The notes below the pieces were generated by a model, which worked only from the letters and a program-made list of their open reading frames with translations, was not told the DNA's origin and searched no databases. Below are positions 1 to 11,256 of a stretch of 64,000 bases of DNA, piece by piece. The translations under genes were made by a program, and so were the position numbers. Source of the stretch: Raillietiella orientalis (lineage: Eukaryota); the NCBI GenBank assembly GCA_036172245.1, contig JAYWIR010000018.1:2790001-2854000 (forward strand), written 5' to 3'. Position 1 is the first letter of the stretch; each line of letters opens with the position of its first letter.

Positions 1-1140
1 GACCACGTTGGGTCAAGAAGCAGGAGAGTGGAGGGAGAACGAGTATCTACGAGGACCGGCTCCCGCTTGCCCTGCCCAACTGCACCCCAATGAGGTCGTC
101 TTTATGGCAGTCCTAGTTGGAATCCCCTGTAAGCTTGGAATGCCAATGATGAAGCACTGAGGGAACTGAAATCTCTTAAGAAACGGATGGAACGAGAATG
201 AAGTGCTCAAAAGCACAGTACACATGGGAAGCATGGGCTGGTTCAATGCCTCTGTTGAAAAAAAAAACCCTAGAAAATCAAAGGAAGGCATTCCGGGAGA
301 AAATATCACTTAAGGCGAAGAATTCGACTTCTCTAAGCTCCAAACAAGGATGAAAGCTTATCCCTTGGTGACTCCCTCCCTTATCTCCATCTGATGTGGA
401 TAAAAATTCTTACATTCATTTTTACCCATTTGTTGTCACCACCTCCCTTTCCACTGAAGGTGAATAGGGGTCCCCTGGTTATTGGGAGTGCACTCGATGC
501 TGTAAACACAAGAAGGAAATAAACCCTTTACAAGTCACTTGTTCAAGGCGCCGTGTAAGTGCGTTGCTGGCGTTTCGGCCCCGCTCGGTCGCACAGAGAT
601 TGCAACCACTCGCACTTGGGCTTCCCTGTAGTCTATACGCTCCTGGTCCACTGTCGAAATTTATCAAATCTCTTTCACTGGAAAAGGCTTTTCTTAGCAT
701 GCGTATCGTTGAAAGCTGCAGTGCCCGAAGCGCGCATCCGTTCACTTGCCAGATCAGCGGCTTCAGCATCTCTAAAGGAATTGGACTTCGAATTCTCTAA
801 AAAAAAAAAGGGGCATTCCTGCTTGCCAGATACGAGCGTTGCTTCCGGAGTGCATTTTTTCCCCCTCTCTTTCCATCGCCGAAAGTTCATCTCGCCTGGA
901 AACGGAATCCTACGGACTGCTTTTTGAGCGGGGAACTCTTCGTTCACACAAAGCTTCCCGTTGCCTTCGCTTCCAAGTGGAGGACATGCGCACATCTTGG
1001 CTGCGCCGCTTGCAATCCCCTTCAAATCGAGGATTTCAGACGTGCACCCTGGAAGGTGTCGGTCAACTTGGACATCGTTCCGAATGGGGACACTGTAGTT
1101 TACAGGGAGCACTCAGTTTAATTCATAAATTGCATAACTA

Positions 1141-1867
1141 TACGAGGAGAATTTCAAAAGTAAAAGCCAGTCGGATAGAAAGAAAGAACAGATAAGAGAA
1201 ACAAAAACGTATTGGTGGTTCGAAACACATACATCCCCGTGTCATTTTTCTGCGTAGTCACCACTTTTTTCAAAAAGTCCCCATTTGAATTCCTGAATTT
1301 TCTGGACAGCAGTGTGTGGGCGCGCGTTGTCCGCGAAGGAGAATTCCTGATCTCAGCATTCCACGTCGTCGGTTCCGCTGGACGGCACGCCGCAGTGTTG
1401 AAAGTGTTTTTCGCAGTAGGCTTGCGAGGTGGTGGTTGTTCCGGGCTCCGTAAAGTCCACCCTTCAAAGCGCACCCTTCGGTCCCACACACTGCCGTGTC
1501 CTCACATTCCAGACAATTTGGAAATTCAAATGGGGACTTTTTGATCACTCGGCCCTGACCTCGCCCCCAGTGACCACCACGTCTTCCTCCACCTCAAGGA
1601 GTGGCTCAACGATTCGAGGGGGAAAGGGAGGAGTGGAAAAGCGCAGTGCTGCTGCTGGACTGGCTGAACTGCTAGGCGGTGGAATTCCATGCAGGAGCTT
1701 TCAAAAAGCTTCTTCGATGATATCAAAAGTGCTTGGAGAAAAGATGGCGACCACGTAGAAGAATGACACGGGGATGTATGTGTTTCGAACCACCAATACG
1801 TTTTTGTCTCTCTTATTTGTTCTTTCTTTACATCGGATAGGCCATTACTTTTGAAACACGGCTCGTA
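1141..1867 (-). mobile_element. Mariner-derived foldback MITE, copy 1 (left arm internally deleted)
   Basis: Ends TACGAGGAGAATTTCAAAAGTAA ... TTACTTTTGAAACACGGCTCGTA (mariner-type TIRs with flanking TA). The right arm encodes a mariner C-terminus (GPDLAPSDHHVFLHLKEWL..EFHAGAFKKLLR*YQKCLE). The core encodes WDR..LRRAVQRNRRRGMLRSGILL on the minus strand. Near-identical to 42649-43570 and 60122-61041. Confidence 0.85.
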
Positions 1868-1911
1868 CCTTATTTCTACCCCTGTTATAAAGAAATTGTT
1901 GTTCTACAATA

Positions 1912-2173
1912 AATAATGGATGCAATAACGCATATCCGGGCAACAACTTATGAGCAGTGGATGCAAGAATGCATACTGATGTGACAACTTATGAATAATG
2001 TATGAAATCATGTATATTGATGCAATAACTTATGAATAAGTATGAAATGATGTATATTGATGTAACAATTTATGAGTAACGGATCAAGTGATGTGTGTAA
2101 ATGTAACAGCATATGAATAATGAATGAAATAATGCATATTCATGTAATAACTTGTGAATAATGGATGCAATAA
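1912..2173. repeat. Minisatellite, ~41-bp unit, ~6.5 diverged copies
   Basis: Units such as AATAATGGATGCAATAACGCATATCCGGGCAACAACTTATG and AATAATGTATGAAATCATGTATATTGATGCAATAACTTATG are repeated head-to-tail. Confidence 0.85.
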
Positions 2174-3214
2174 TTTCTTGATAGAAACACAAGCATTTCT
2201 TTTTTATTGGCTCTCATCTGAGTTTTGTTTCATGCACTCTTGCCTCACTGATACACTCATAGAGAAGTAGGTGTAGGACTGGAAATTCTTAATACGGAAG
2301 CGAGTTACCCTGGCAGCACAAGCAGATTCGGTGCGGATCTCATTTCTTGCATAGCACATGGCAACGAACAGCACCTTTGAACTGACTCGAAGGTGTCTGC
2401 CTTCTGCCTCAGCCTCCGTGCCGGAATTTGATTCCCCCTCTTGAGATGGGCAGTTGGAAGTTGGGCTCCCAGCTGAACAGCTTTGTGAGGTCCTTCAGAA
2501 GGGAGAGGGTTCCAGAGCAGGTGTTCAGAGGCATAGATGCCGAAACGTCTTCAACAGTCAGCGGTCATAGCTTGCTTCCCGGCCGTTTGCCTGAGACCAC
2601 ATTTATTTGGAATCTGTCAAAAATGTTGAAAGGAGGTGCAGGCCGACGGGAGCGGGAATGGCTCTCCTGCTGCTGCCACCGCTCTTCAGGTCCTGCGCCT
2701 TTCCGAGGATACATTATTATTATTTTCGAGGCAGGGGTTTTTCCCATGCTTCTGGCACCCAACCCTGCAAGACTTTCTGCTTCCTGTGGATGCCTCCTGA
2801 TGCCGAGCTTTGGAAAGCTGTACAGCTATCCTCCTTCCTGATTCCATTCCATTTCTTTCCTTGCCAACGTTACATTTTGCTAATAGCAGTAAGGAGAGGA
2901 GGGAGGAAGGAGAAACGGCAACAGTGCCGCCACTACTCTGAAGGTGGCACCGCGAGAGCGCTCGTTCCCGAAGAGACAAGGAACAAGAGGCAGTGATTCT
3001 TCTCGTTTCTCTCTCCTTTTCTTCTTACCCCCTTCTCAGCTCTCCAGCTCTCTTTGGTACAAGCACCTCCGGTCCGATCACGAATCCACCGTGATAGTCC
3101 AGGGAGGCTAAGCGCTCTGCATGACTCCTCTCTTTCGTGACAGCAACCAAGTAAACAGGGTATTCCTCCTGGGAGGCACGCTTTCTTGCCGACTAGATGT
3201 CGTCGCTGCACAGG

Positions 3215-3560
3215 GAAGTCCTGGAATCTTCCAGGATCCAGACCTTGGAGTGCTGCTCCCCGTTACTGCAGCGCTCCCGCTGTCGTTGAACCAGCTCAGA
3301 GGAGCTCCCGGCCATGTCGTTTGGTGCTGAAATGAACCACGGGTTTCTGGAAGTGCTGCTCGCACGGAGCGCAGCAGATCTTTGCGATGCAGATCGTACG
3401 GGTAGGCGGCGTAACCGATGGCCAGCTGCAGGGCGTCCGTCTTGCTCAATCGCCTCTCATAGAGCTGCGTGGGGATGCGGGAGGCGTCGTTGATGGCCGG
3501 CGGCAGCTTCTGATACTCACGTAGGTTCTCTGTCTGCTTCTGCCAGTGCTGCTGACCGCC
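3215..3560 (-). pseudogene. Ptf1a/Fer1-like bHLH pseudogene
   Basis: QKQTENLREYQKLPPAINDASRIPTQLYERRLSKTDALQLAIGY resembles the Ptf1a bHLH ([48 protein letters not shown]). It is followed by GAPLSW (cf. GHSLSW) and, after a frameshift, HSKVWILEDSR (cf. AKVWTPEDPR). The basic region and helix 1 are damaged. Confidence 0.7.
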
Positions 3561-4599
3561 GGCACCATCACTCCGTTGTATCGCCCCCTTTGGCTGCAGG
3601 GATTCCTCTGACTTGTTCGGCATCCTCAGCTTCCTGAGAGCGTTGTCGTCCGCAGCATGGAAAGCTGAAAGTTTCGAGAGGCTGCATGCATCTGGTGGTG
3701 CTGGAAGCTCCCCGTTTCCCCACCGACAGGCAGGCGGAACCGCTGGATCGGGTGCTGCAGACTGCCTCCTCAGACGAAACCAAACAACGGTGTAGAGCGA
3801 GGTCGGGTTCGTTCTTCGACGTGCATTTCGTTTTCAGGACCCAGACAACCTCTGTGCTGATCCATGCTGGCCGCTCGAGTTGGGGAAGAATCCCTTTCTG
3901 GACTGCAGGGTTTGGAATCAAAAACGCCTGCAGCCTCTTCTGCAGGTTTCCTTCTGCGGAAACCTGCAGAAGGCAAAAAAAATACTCGAAATCTCTCTCC
4001 AAAGCATATTCTTCCTCCCCCTCCTCCCCCTTTTTTCCGAACGAGTCTTTCCGGCTGGAATCTTTACGAGCTCAGCGGGCAAAAAACGCTCTTCCTGGTT
4101 CCACTCGGAATACTCCATCATCCTCTAAATGCGCGGGGAGGACTGCGCGTCCACGTCATCACAACGGTCGATTAATAAGACCCGTATCGATCCTCGAGGA
4201 AGGCGAAGGCGGATCGGGAGGAAATTCCCCAGCAGCAGCATCTTCCGTGCCGCATTCGCACTGTGGAGCAGCGCACAAGCGAGAAGCAGCGGGAAACCAC
4301 GCCCTGCTCCTCCAAAGAGTTCAAACTTTACGGGCTACTGCGGCGATCAAGTCTCCGGGAACCGCTGCATTCTCACGTGCGTCCTGCCCTCAAGGCAGGA
4401 AAGAGAAGCGGAAATACCCTGGCGATTCCGAAAAGGTCAACTGTGGGAGACCTTGAATCCAGAGGAGTCTCCGAGCTCCGTCATTGGGAGGCGTCTGCAG
4501 ACGAGGAATAGCGGAGAGGGCGGATCGTTGGATGATCTTTTCCTTTGCTTTTCTCTCTTTTTCTTTCCTGACCAGCCTCCTGCACGTGCATTGGTGAGG

Positions 4600-5300
4600 T
4601 CACGGCCGTACCTGTCGTCTCAGCTTCATCCGCGGCGACTTCAGCGTGAGGAAGCGTGCAAGAAGAAGGCCGAAAACCCGCGCACGTTCGCGTCAGGCTC
4701 CTTCGCTTTCCTTCTGATTACTAGGGATCCAGGATCAGGCCGCTGAACTCTCCGCACCGGAATTTGCAAAGGAACTGCCTCGGGGCAAGAGGAATGATTC
4801 CAAAGGTTATCCTTAGATCCATCGTTCGCATTCCTACGGCTGGATCCTACCCTGGTTCGAAGTAAGGGGACCTTTCTAGTGCCTGCATGGGTCATGGAAC
4901 CTGTCGAGGATGCAGAGGTCTATTCTGAAGAGATAAGGCGGAGGAGCTGCGAGAAATCTGCCTTCAGGCTGCAGAGGTGGCAGCGACGTCGCAGAATGAG
5001 ACTCTGGTTCCGTAGCTCCATTCCAGGAGCGCAGTTCACGGCGATGTGTGCCCACTTCTACCAGAAACACCTGTGGCTTAATAAAATGGGTTTTAGACTT
5101 CAGCCCGTAACTCCTTGCTGCCGATGGTGCTGCGTTAGGAAGAGCGTCCGAACCCAACCAAGAGCAGCTGCGACACCAACGAAGGCTTGGGGTGTTCCCC
5201 TTGTGCTCACTCCATTTCGTAGATGGTGGGTGTCCCTTGTGCGTGTCTGTTCGAAAACGCAGCAGTTCTTTGTATTTGGTCTGGCATATAAAAAAAAATC
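4600..5300 (+). mobile_element. Non-LTR retrotransposon 3' remnant (RNase H end plus C-terminal zinc-finger region)
   Basis: LGIQDQAAELS (cf. GI.GN..AD.LA), then QFTAMCAHFYQKHLWLNKMGF..TPCCRWC (cf. TGH...HL...G.....C..C), then an A-run at ~5289-5298. Confidence 0.4.
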
Positions 5301-5569
5301 TTTTCGTTTCCGCATTTCCGGTCTGGCTCTTCCTCTCGAGTTTCCAGCCTTTGATCGATCAAACTTCACACCTTGCGCGATCCTGTGTTTCTGGGTTAAA
5401 AGCTTGGGATGCAGAGGGAACGTGCAGGATTCTCCCCATTGCAGAATGAACACCAAAAAAGAAAGGAGACCGTGCTGTGCTCAAACTACCTGCAGGGAAA
5501 TTCCAGCTGTCACTGAATCCCCATCATTCCGTAAGGGAACATGGCATACATCGTACACATCTGCGTAAG

Positions 5570-6235
5570 TCCATGTAGTTACGGTCTCCGTGCGTGGCAC
5601 CAAACGTCGCGGGTTCGAATCCTCGGAAGGAATCCATGCCGAGAGATAGGGGTGCGTCGTGAATTAGAGTTTCTCCCAAAAGATGATACTGGTTGGCCTG
5701 CATTCGGGTGCGGAACCGGTAGTGGCCCTAACCGGATGCCCCCGATGAGTAGCCAGGATTGAGAGTCGACCTCCGAATCCTTCCAGGAAACAGAATCAAG
5801 GAGTGTGAGTTCCTTTCCTGTTGTGCAAAGAAGCGGAGCCTCTTTGGGGAGGACCTTCTGTCTCGTACCATGGAGCAGGTGGATTGATGACGCCTCTTCA
5901 GAGTGCAAAGAAGCACGCCGCTCCCTTCGAGGAGCGCCCTTGTGAGAGATTTCGGAAGCGCTCCGTCGTCTATCCCTCTCAAGGGTAAGAGGAATAGACT
6001 CTTGTCTCCGGGGCTTTCTGGATCCACAGGGTAGTCTTCCCGGGGTAGACCCTATCTTGCAAGAATCGCACGTACCCTCGGGTGGTGTGCAGCAGCGTCA
6101 AAGAGCTGGGTGAGCCATCAGGAGCGCGACGGCTCTTGAGGTACTCAGTGAACCAAAAAAAAAAAAAAGAAAAGAAAACCCGGAAAAAAAAAAAAAGCAG
6201 GGTGGAAAACAGCGAAGACAGAAAAGAACCCAAAA
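5570..6235. repeat. Dispersed GC-rich repeat family A, copy 1 (tRNA-like module and A-rich end)
   Basis: Shares TCCGTGCGTGGCACC..CGCGGGTTCGAATCC, GATGATACTGGTTGGCC and the GAACC(A)n end with 9250-10088. Reverse-complement matches to 12605-13550 and 63330-64000. Confidence 0.7.
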
Positions 6236-6339
6236 GGCACAGTTTTCAGAGAATGTCCACGTCGGTATCCGTGCTTGTCACCTTAGAGTTGAATGGAGCA
6301 CATCCTGAAGGTCAATAGTAACAAGCTGTCATCATAGCA

Positions 6340-7305
6340 GTGGTTATGGTAACGGTCTGCTCGTATCATACAGTATCCTCAGCATACTTTCAGCCTGCAC
6401 CATATAAGGCGGATCGTCTGCCATTCCTTGATCAAGAACGGTTTCCAAAGTCGAAACAACTTTTCCAATGGAGAAGTGTGAGGAATTTGGAAGATGATGC
6501 AAGAACTGCCTAACCTTGTGGCACCTGCAACGCTGCCTCGCTCCTTCGAATAATAATAATAGGATGCGGAGAGTGCCGTAGGAAAATGGAATTGCTGGTG
6601 CCGGCAGTGGACAAATTGCTGTTATCTGCAGAAACGGTTGCCTAGCGCTGAACTCCAGGGTGTCCAGAGTCTTACAGTACAAGAGCCGTCTCATCGACCA
6701 AAAGTCTGCTCAGGACCAAAAGCAAAAGCAATTCCAGGGTAGCTTTAGGAGATGCGACTATTCTTAAAAGAAACGATTCTAGGTTCCAAACCTTATTTGG
6801 ATGGACTGAATTCCTCGATTTTCCGTACAGTACACATTTACACTTGATCCAGCATTTTTAAAAAAAAAAGTAGTGATGCTCTCTTTATAGGAAACATCAG
6901 GTAATTAGGGGAAAAAAATTCTCATCTCAGGATCATTCGTGCACTTGAACGTACATGAAAAAATATATGGAAGTTGACTTTTGTACAGACGTATTTCTTG
7001 ATGATTGAATTTATGCTTACGACAGCCATTCCTTTCGTTCATTTCGATTCGATCAGAGCAACGTCATGACAACGAATATCTTTGAGCTATCTTGCTATTT
7101 AGAAGCTGACCGCGAGCAGTCCTTCCAAGCCGAGGGATCAACAGAATTTGCGTCTGTTGGGCTTGGAAGGATTCACATGTGGTGGGTGCAGAAAACATCA
7201 CATTGGGACGATACGTTACACCTGTGAATTCATGTCTTGTGACACTTCCAAATTTTGTATAGAAAGCTGTTCTTTGCTGGGAAGACTTCGCTTCCGCCTG
7301 TGAAA
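6340..7305 (+). pseudogene. Decayed ZZ-type zinc-finger gene fragment (possibly dystrophin/dystrobrevin-like)
   Basis: 7169-7287 reads GFTCGGCRKHHIGTIRYTCEFMSCDTSKFCIESCSLLGR (ZZ pattern C..C...I...RY.C...C....C...C...G). In-frame stops flank it at ~7098 and ~7301. Weak EF-hand-region-like residues occur at ~6510-6620. Confidence 0.4.
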
Positions 7306-8689
7306 TCTTCTGCGCTATAATGGGGACCAGGATCTTCTAAAAGAGATGTTCCAAACATAAATGAAAAGACCTGGAGAACCTGCATCCTTATTGCTTAATG
7401 GATACGACGTAAAGGACCGAAATCGTCAAGGTAACGCGCTTCATAAGCACCATAACTCCGGATAACTCCGGATTATTGATCGCGTATCAAGTGTCCACCT
7501 GAAGAGTCCTGAAGTGTCCACTCTGAGAGGTTCTCTCTCAGAGTTCAGAAAGGTGGTCCAGCGCTGGCTTGGACGATCCTACCGCCGCCCTATACCTTTC
7601 CAAATTTGCTAGCATCATATCTGCCCTGGAGAAAAAGCAAAAATAAACGGATCCGAAAATGACGCGTGCCCCACAGCGCTCAGCTGCCTGAGGACACTGG
7701 GTCTGATTCGATCTCACCCGTCCATCGTCTTCGTAAACGCTGCTCGCATCTTCTGCAGTCTCCATCTTGGCAGTCTGTAGTTGCTGCTTCTGCTGTAAGG
7801 AGACCCCTATTTTAACTGCAGTGACCCTTTTGTCGTTACACGTGAAAAGGTGAAAAGTGACTTACTCAAAATTCTAATCGAGCTCTCGGGCATGCTCGTG
7901 GCCTTCCTCCTTGACTTTGCCTATGTTCCTCTCCTTTCAGACGGAACCTCCAAGTTCGGGAGCACGGACACTTCAAATCTGGAACAAGTTGTGAGCAAAA
8001 TGAATTGGTACCGACAGACCTTTGAACCGACCCGCCTTTCAAAATTTTTTCCCCTATGGACGCTTCTGAATGTTCGTTGAAAGCGGTCCGAAATGATGCT
8101 AAGAGTGAAATGCATCGACCACGGTATAAAAACTGCTTGGTAGCCTTGATGGCAATCGTGAAGCTCGTCTCTAGGGGTACTGGATTTGCAGGTTTCCACG
8201 AACAAATGTTCGCTCCTTTTGCATATGCCTTCTTGCGCCTGCCTCCAATTGCCGCTCACGTCACTGAGTTGGCTCCAGACAACAACAAGAGTCAGGTGCA
8301 GTCAAGTACGTTTCGCATGTGTGGACCAGGATGGAAGCATCCTCTTTATTTGGGTTCACTGGATTTTTACGTGCCCCCGGACGCCATTTGAGAAATAAGC
8401 CTTGTGATGGGCTTGAAAAGGACCTTTTGATCTTTCGGATTGCTTCTCGCTGAGGTGCCAGCATACTTATACTTCGAGGAGCACCCAATACTCTTTCTGA
8501 ATGTTTCTTAGATGAGCCTCTGCCTCTGCCTCTGCTGCCTTCAAAGCCTGAAAAGTGATAGACTATGACTCCATGGTCTCCGAAAATCTGATCGCCATGG
8601 ACGATCACAATGAAGCACAGAGCTAAGAAGATTTCTGAGCGGATCGGCATTTGATCAGAGATCGTAATTATCACCGTGTATTCGTGATC

Positions 8690-10088
8690 TCCGGAAGTCC
8701 CTTTACTTTTTGGACGCCTTGGAAACTCTTTGCACTTTCACCACTCCTTTGGAACCACGGATAAACCAACGCGCCAAGGATGCTGTTTTGACATCGGAAG
8801 TCTTTCCATTTTAAGAAATTCCTGAATATTCCCATGGATGACAAGGCTCTCACGTGCACTCTCTCTAAGGTGCTGCTGAGAATCCGGTGGATGATGCCTG
8901 TAGGGCCAGGGTCTACTCGGGAACTCATGTTTCTTTTCCTCTCTACAGGACCACTCCATGATGAGGCTACGCAAAAAGACTCCCATTTATGAAACGTCGC
9001 TTGCCTATCCACATCGGCAGGAAAGACGGAACTCGCCCGATTTCCAGGCCACGGGAGCCAACAGGATTCTGGAGTCAGAGGCATGGAATCATCAATAATG
9101 AAAATTCGGCGCTGTTTTAAGCTCTTCGGCTATTCTTCTGCAAGAAGGCGAACTGAGGAAAGAGAAGAGTCTGCGGAACGAAGCCGCGTTGCTCGGTGGA
9201 GCAGGGCAGCTTTCGCTCAACCAAAGCGTCTTGCGGCAGCCTCACGAAACATCATGGCCCGCGTCGCGGTCTCCGCGCATGGCACCGAGCATCGCGAGTT
9301 CGGATCCCGCCCGGGGAAGGATCGACGCCGAGAACGGGGGATGAGTCGTGGGTTTCGAGTTCCACCTGAAGGATGATGCTGGTTGGCCCACGGGCTTCCG
9401 GTGCGACACTGGTAGAAGTCCCGTTAACTGGCTTGGATTGGAAGTTGACATTCTGGGATCCTTCCAGGAATCAAGGAGTCCTTTGGGGCTCCTCTCCGAT
9501 TGGGAAAATGGACCCTTACCCCTCTCGGGGGAACCCTCCATCGTGTGTGATGGAGCTGGCTGATCCCCTCTCGGGGGATTGCCTCTTTAGAGTGTCAAGA
9601 AGCGCGCTACTCCTTCCGAAGAGCGCCCTTTAGAGAAATTGGGAAGCGTCCCCCTGAGGGGTCCTCTTCAGAGAAGCAACCAAGGAGCGGTTTCCTTGCA
9701 GGAAATCCCTCCGGAAGAAAAGTGAGGAGCAGCCCCCTACGAGGGGTCCCTCCGGAGAGAATAAGGAAAAAGTACCCTTCGGGGTTTCCTTCGGAGACAA
9801 ACAGGGCGAAGGTTGCCTTCCGGGTTTCTCGCTCAGACGTAAGAGGAACGGACTCCTTCCTCCAGAGCCTTCCTGGATTCATAGGATGGTCCCTCCGGGG
9901 TTACCTCCTAGCTTAAAGAGTCAAACACACCCCCGAGGGCAGCGTGGACCGCGTTTAAAGAGCTTCGTGAGTCTCCCCTAAGGAGGCGAACGGTTCTTCA
10001 GCACTCTCTGAGAACCAAAAAAAAAGGACAACCCGAGAGGGGAAAAAAAAGCTGGAAGAAAAGCAGAGAAAATAGAAGAACTCCAAAT
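8690..10088. repeat. Dispersed GC-rich repeat family A, copy 2 (possible L1/Tx1-type 5' UTR/ORF1 on minus strand)
   Basis: Homologous to 5570-6235 over 9250-10088, and to the reverse complement of 12605-13750 further upstream (GCTCTTCGG, CTGAGG, GGAGCAGG anchors). Confidence 0.65.
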
Positions 10089-10149
10089 GATTTCCATCAT
10101 GGTACACGCAGCATCTTGCTCATTGCACTGCACCCTCGAGAGGCTCAAG

Positions 10150-11256
10150 CGGGAAGAAACTGCGCTTCCGGCAAACTTGGGTCAGGCAAACGCCCAGACC
10201 TGAAGAACCACCTGATAGCACCGTCCTTCGAAGAAATCCGGGGAGCGGAATCCCGAATTTCTGAAGTAGGCATTTTTTTGATTCCTGGAATCTGATCTCA
10301 CGTCCTCCAAGTTTTGGATTTTCACATTTCGGTCAACAGATACCTGAGAACCGGGATTTATCTCTTATCTCAGATACCGTATCGCAGAATCAGTCATCCC
10401 AGGTGCTTAGGAGATACCATTCGACCTTCGCAAAGAAAATGCGAAGCATTCTCAGGCGCGAAGCTGATTTGATAATGGTTCCACTAAAGGGATGTAGGCT
10501 CCATCTCTTCATCACCTTCGCCACCTTCGAAAGAGTGCGAGCGTTTAAAAAACGCGACGAGAGAACGGAAGGGGATGCACATAGCTAATTAAGGAATGGT
10601 TGTCTTGGTTTAGCCTAAACGACCACGGGACTAATAACGGGTGCACATCAGACTGGTGGATAAGCGATCGATGCAGTCGTTCATCCGGGACCACTTGGAC
10701 ACGACCAAGAAAGTTTCAAGCGTCTTAAAGGCTGTGTGCGGTCACTTTTGCTTAGGTGTTTTTCAGTCTTTCAGCTCTTTTCAAACGCCATCCAAGGACT
10801 TTTGTAAGATTTCGAGGACCGAGAATTCAGATGTCGTTCATTCTGTGAGAGGGATGCAAGAATAGGTTGGAAGAAAATCCGTTAAGCACAACTGAGGAAT
10901 TCGGCTGGGACCCAAGAACACGAAGGAGAGCTTCCCAAAATTCTTCTGTATCTTTCGGATGCAAAGGGGATTCGCTGAGGGTTTGAAAAGTAATGGCTCT
11001 CCGCTTGCAGTTGTCCGGCCGTGTTTCTACGCAACTGTTTTCGCCCTGATCTTCAGGGAAAATCCGAGCCAGAGCAAACACCGCTGTCTTCCACGACAAA
11101 AATTTCATCGCTCAACTCAAGCTTGCTGCAGGGCCCCTAGAACCAAATCTTGGACCGTGCTCGAAGTGAATGAGGTTTTTTGGAAGACCACGATTCAGTT
11201 TCCAGAGTATTCGGACAAATGAAAGTCGGAATTTCCAAAACTCTACACGGCCCTGA
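10150..11256 (-). mobile_element. PIF/Harbinger-like transposase remnant
   Basis: Minus-strand fragments TFQTLSESPLHPKDTEEFWEALL, *NFLGRVQVVPDE and EIRFQESKKCLLQKFGI lie in the order of the Harbinger motifs F..L...L.P..T..R, NFP.C.GAIDG and RLSRARR.VENAFGI. Possible terminus GGGCCGTGTAGAG at ~11241-11253. Confidence 0.35.

Larger units (their letters stand above)
480..2750 (-). mobile_element. Degraded piggyBac-like transposase remnant, split by a minisatellite and a mariner MITE
   Basis: Minus-strand fragments occur in piggyBac order: PLTVEDVSASMPLNTCSG..LKDLTKLFSWEP (~2560-2465; cf. W.P.T.EE..AF.GL...MG....L.DYWS), NYSVPIRNDVQVDRHLPG..LDLK (~1100-1020; cf. DE.MVPFRGR..FRQY.P.KP.KYG.K), IWQVNGCALRALQLST (cf. 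W.D...V..LST) and INFDSGPGAYRL..NASNAL..TCKGFISFL. Many stops and frameshifts; by-eye only. Confidence 0.4.

Noticed and set aside
1912..2173. CRISPR-like array
   Set aside because: Units are diverged tandem copies with no unique spacers or cas genes, and the context is eukaryotic.
2520..2550. Hammerhead-like stem GGCAT-AG-ATGCC followed by GAAACGTC
   Set aside because: The CUGANGA core is absent (GTTCAGA) and the site lies within the piggyBac-like relic.
3686..4746. Long ORFs of 205-256 aa
   Set aside because: Low-complexity Arg/Ser/Pro-rich translations of GC-rich DNA with no recognisable domain.
5570..5630. Functional tRNA gene
   Set aside because: A B-box is present but there is no complete cloverleaf or acceptor stem; it is part of a dispersed repeat.
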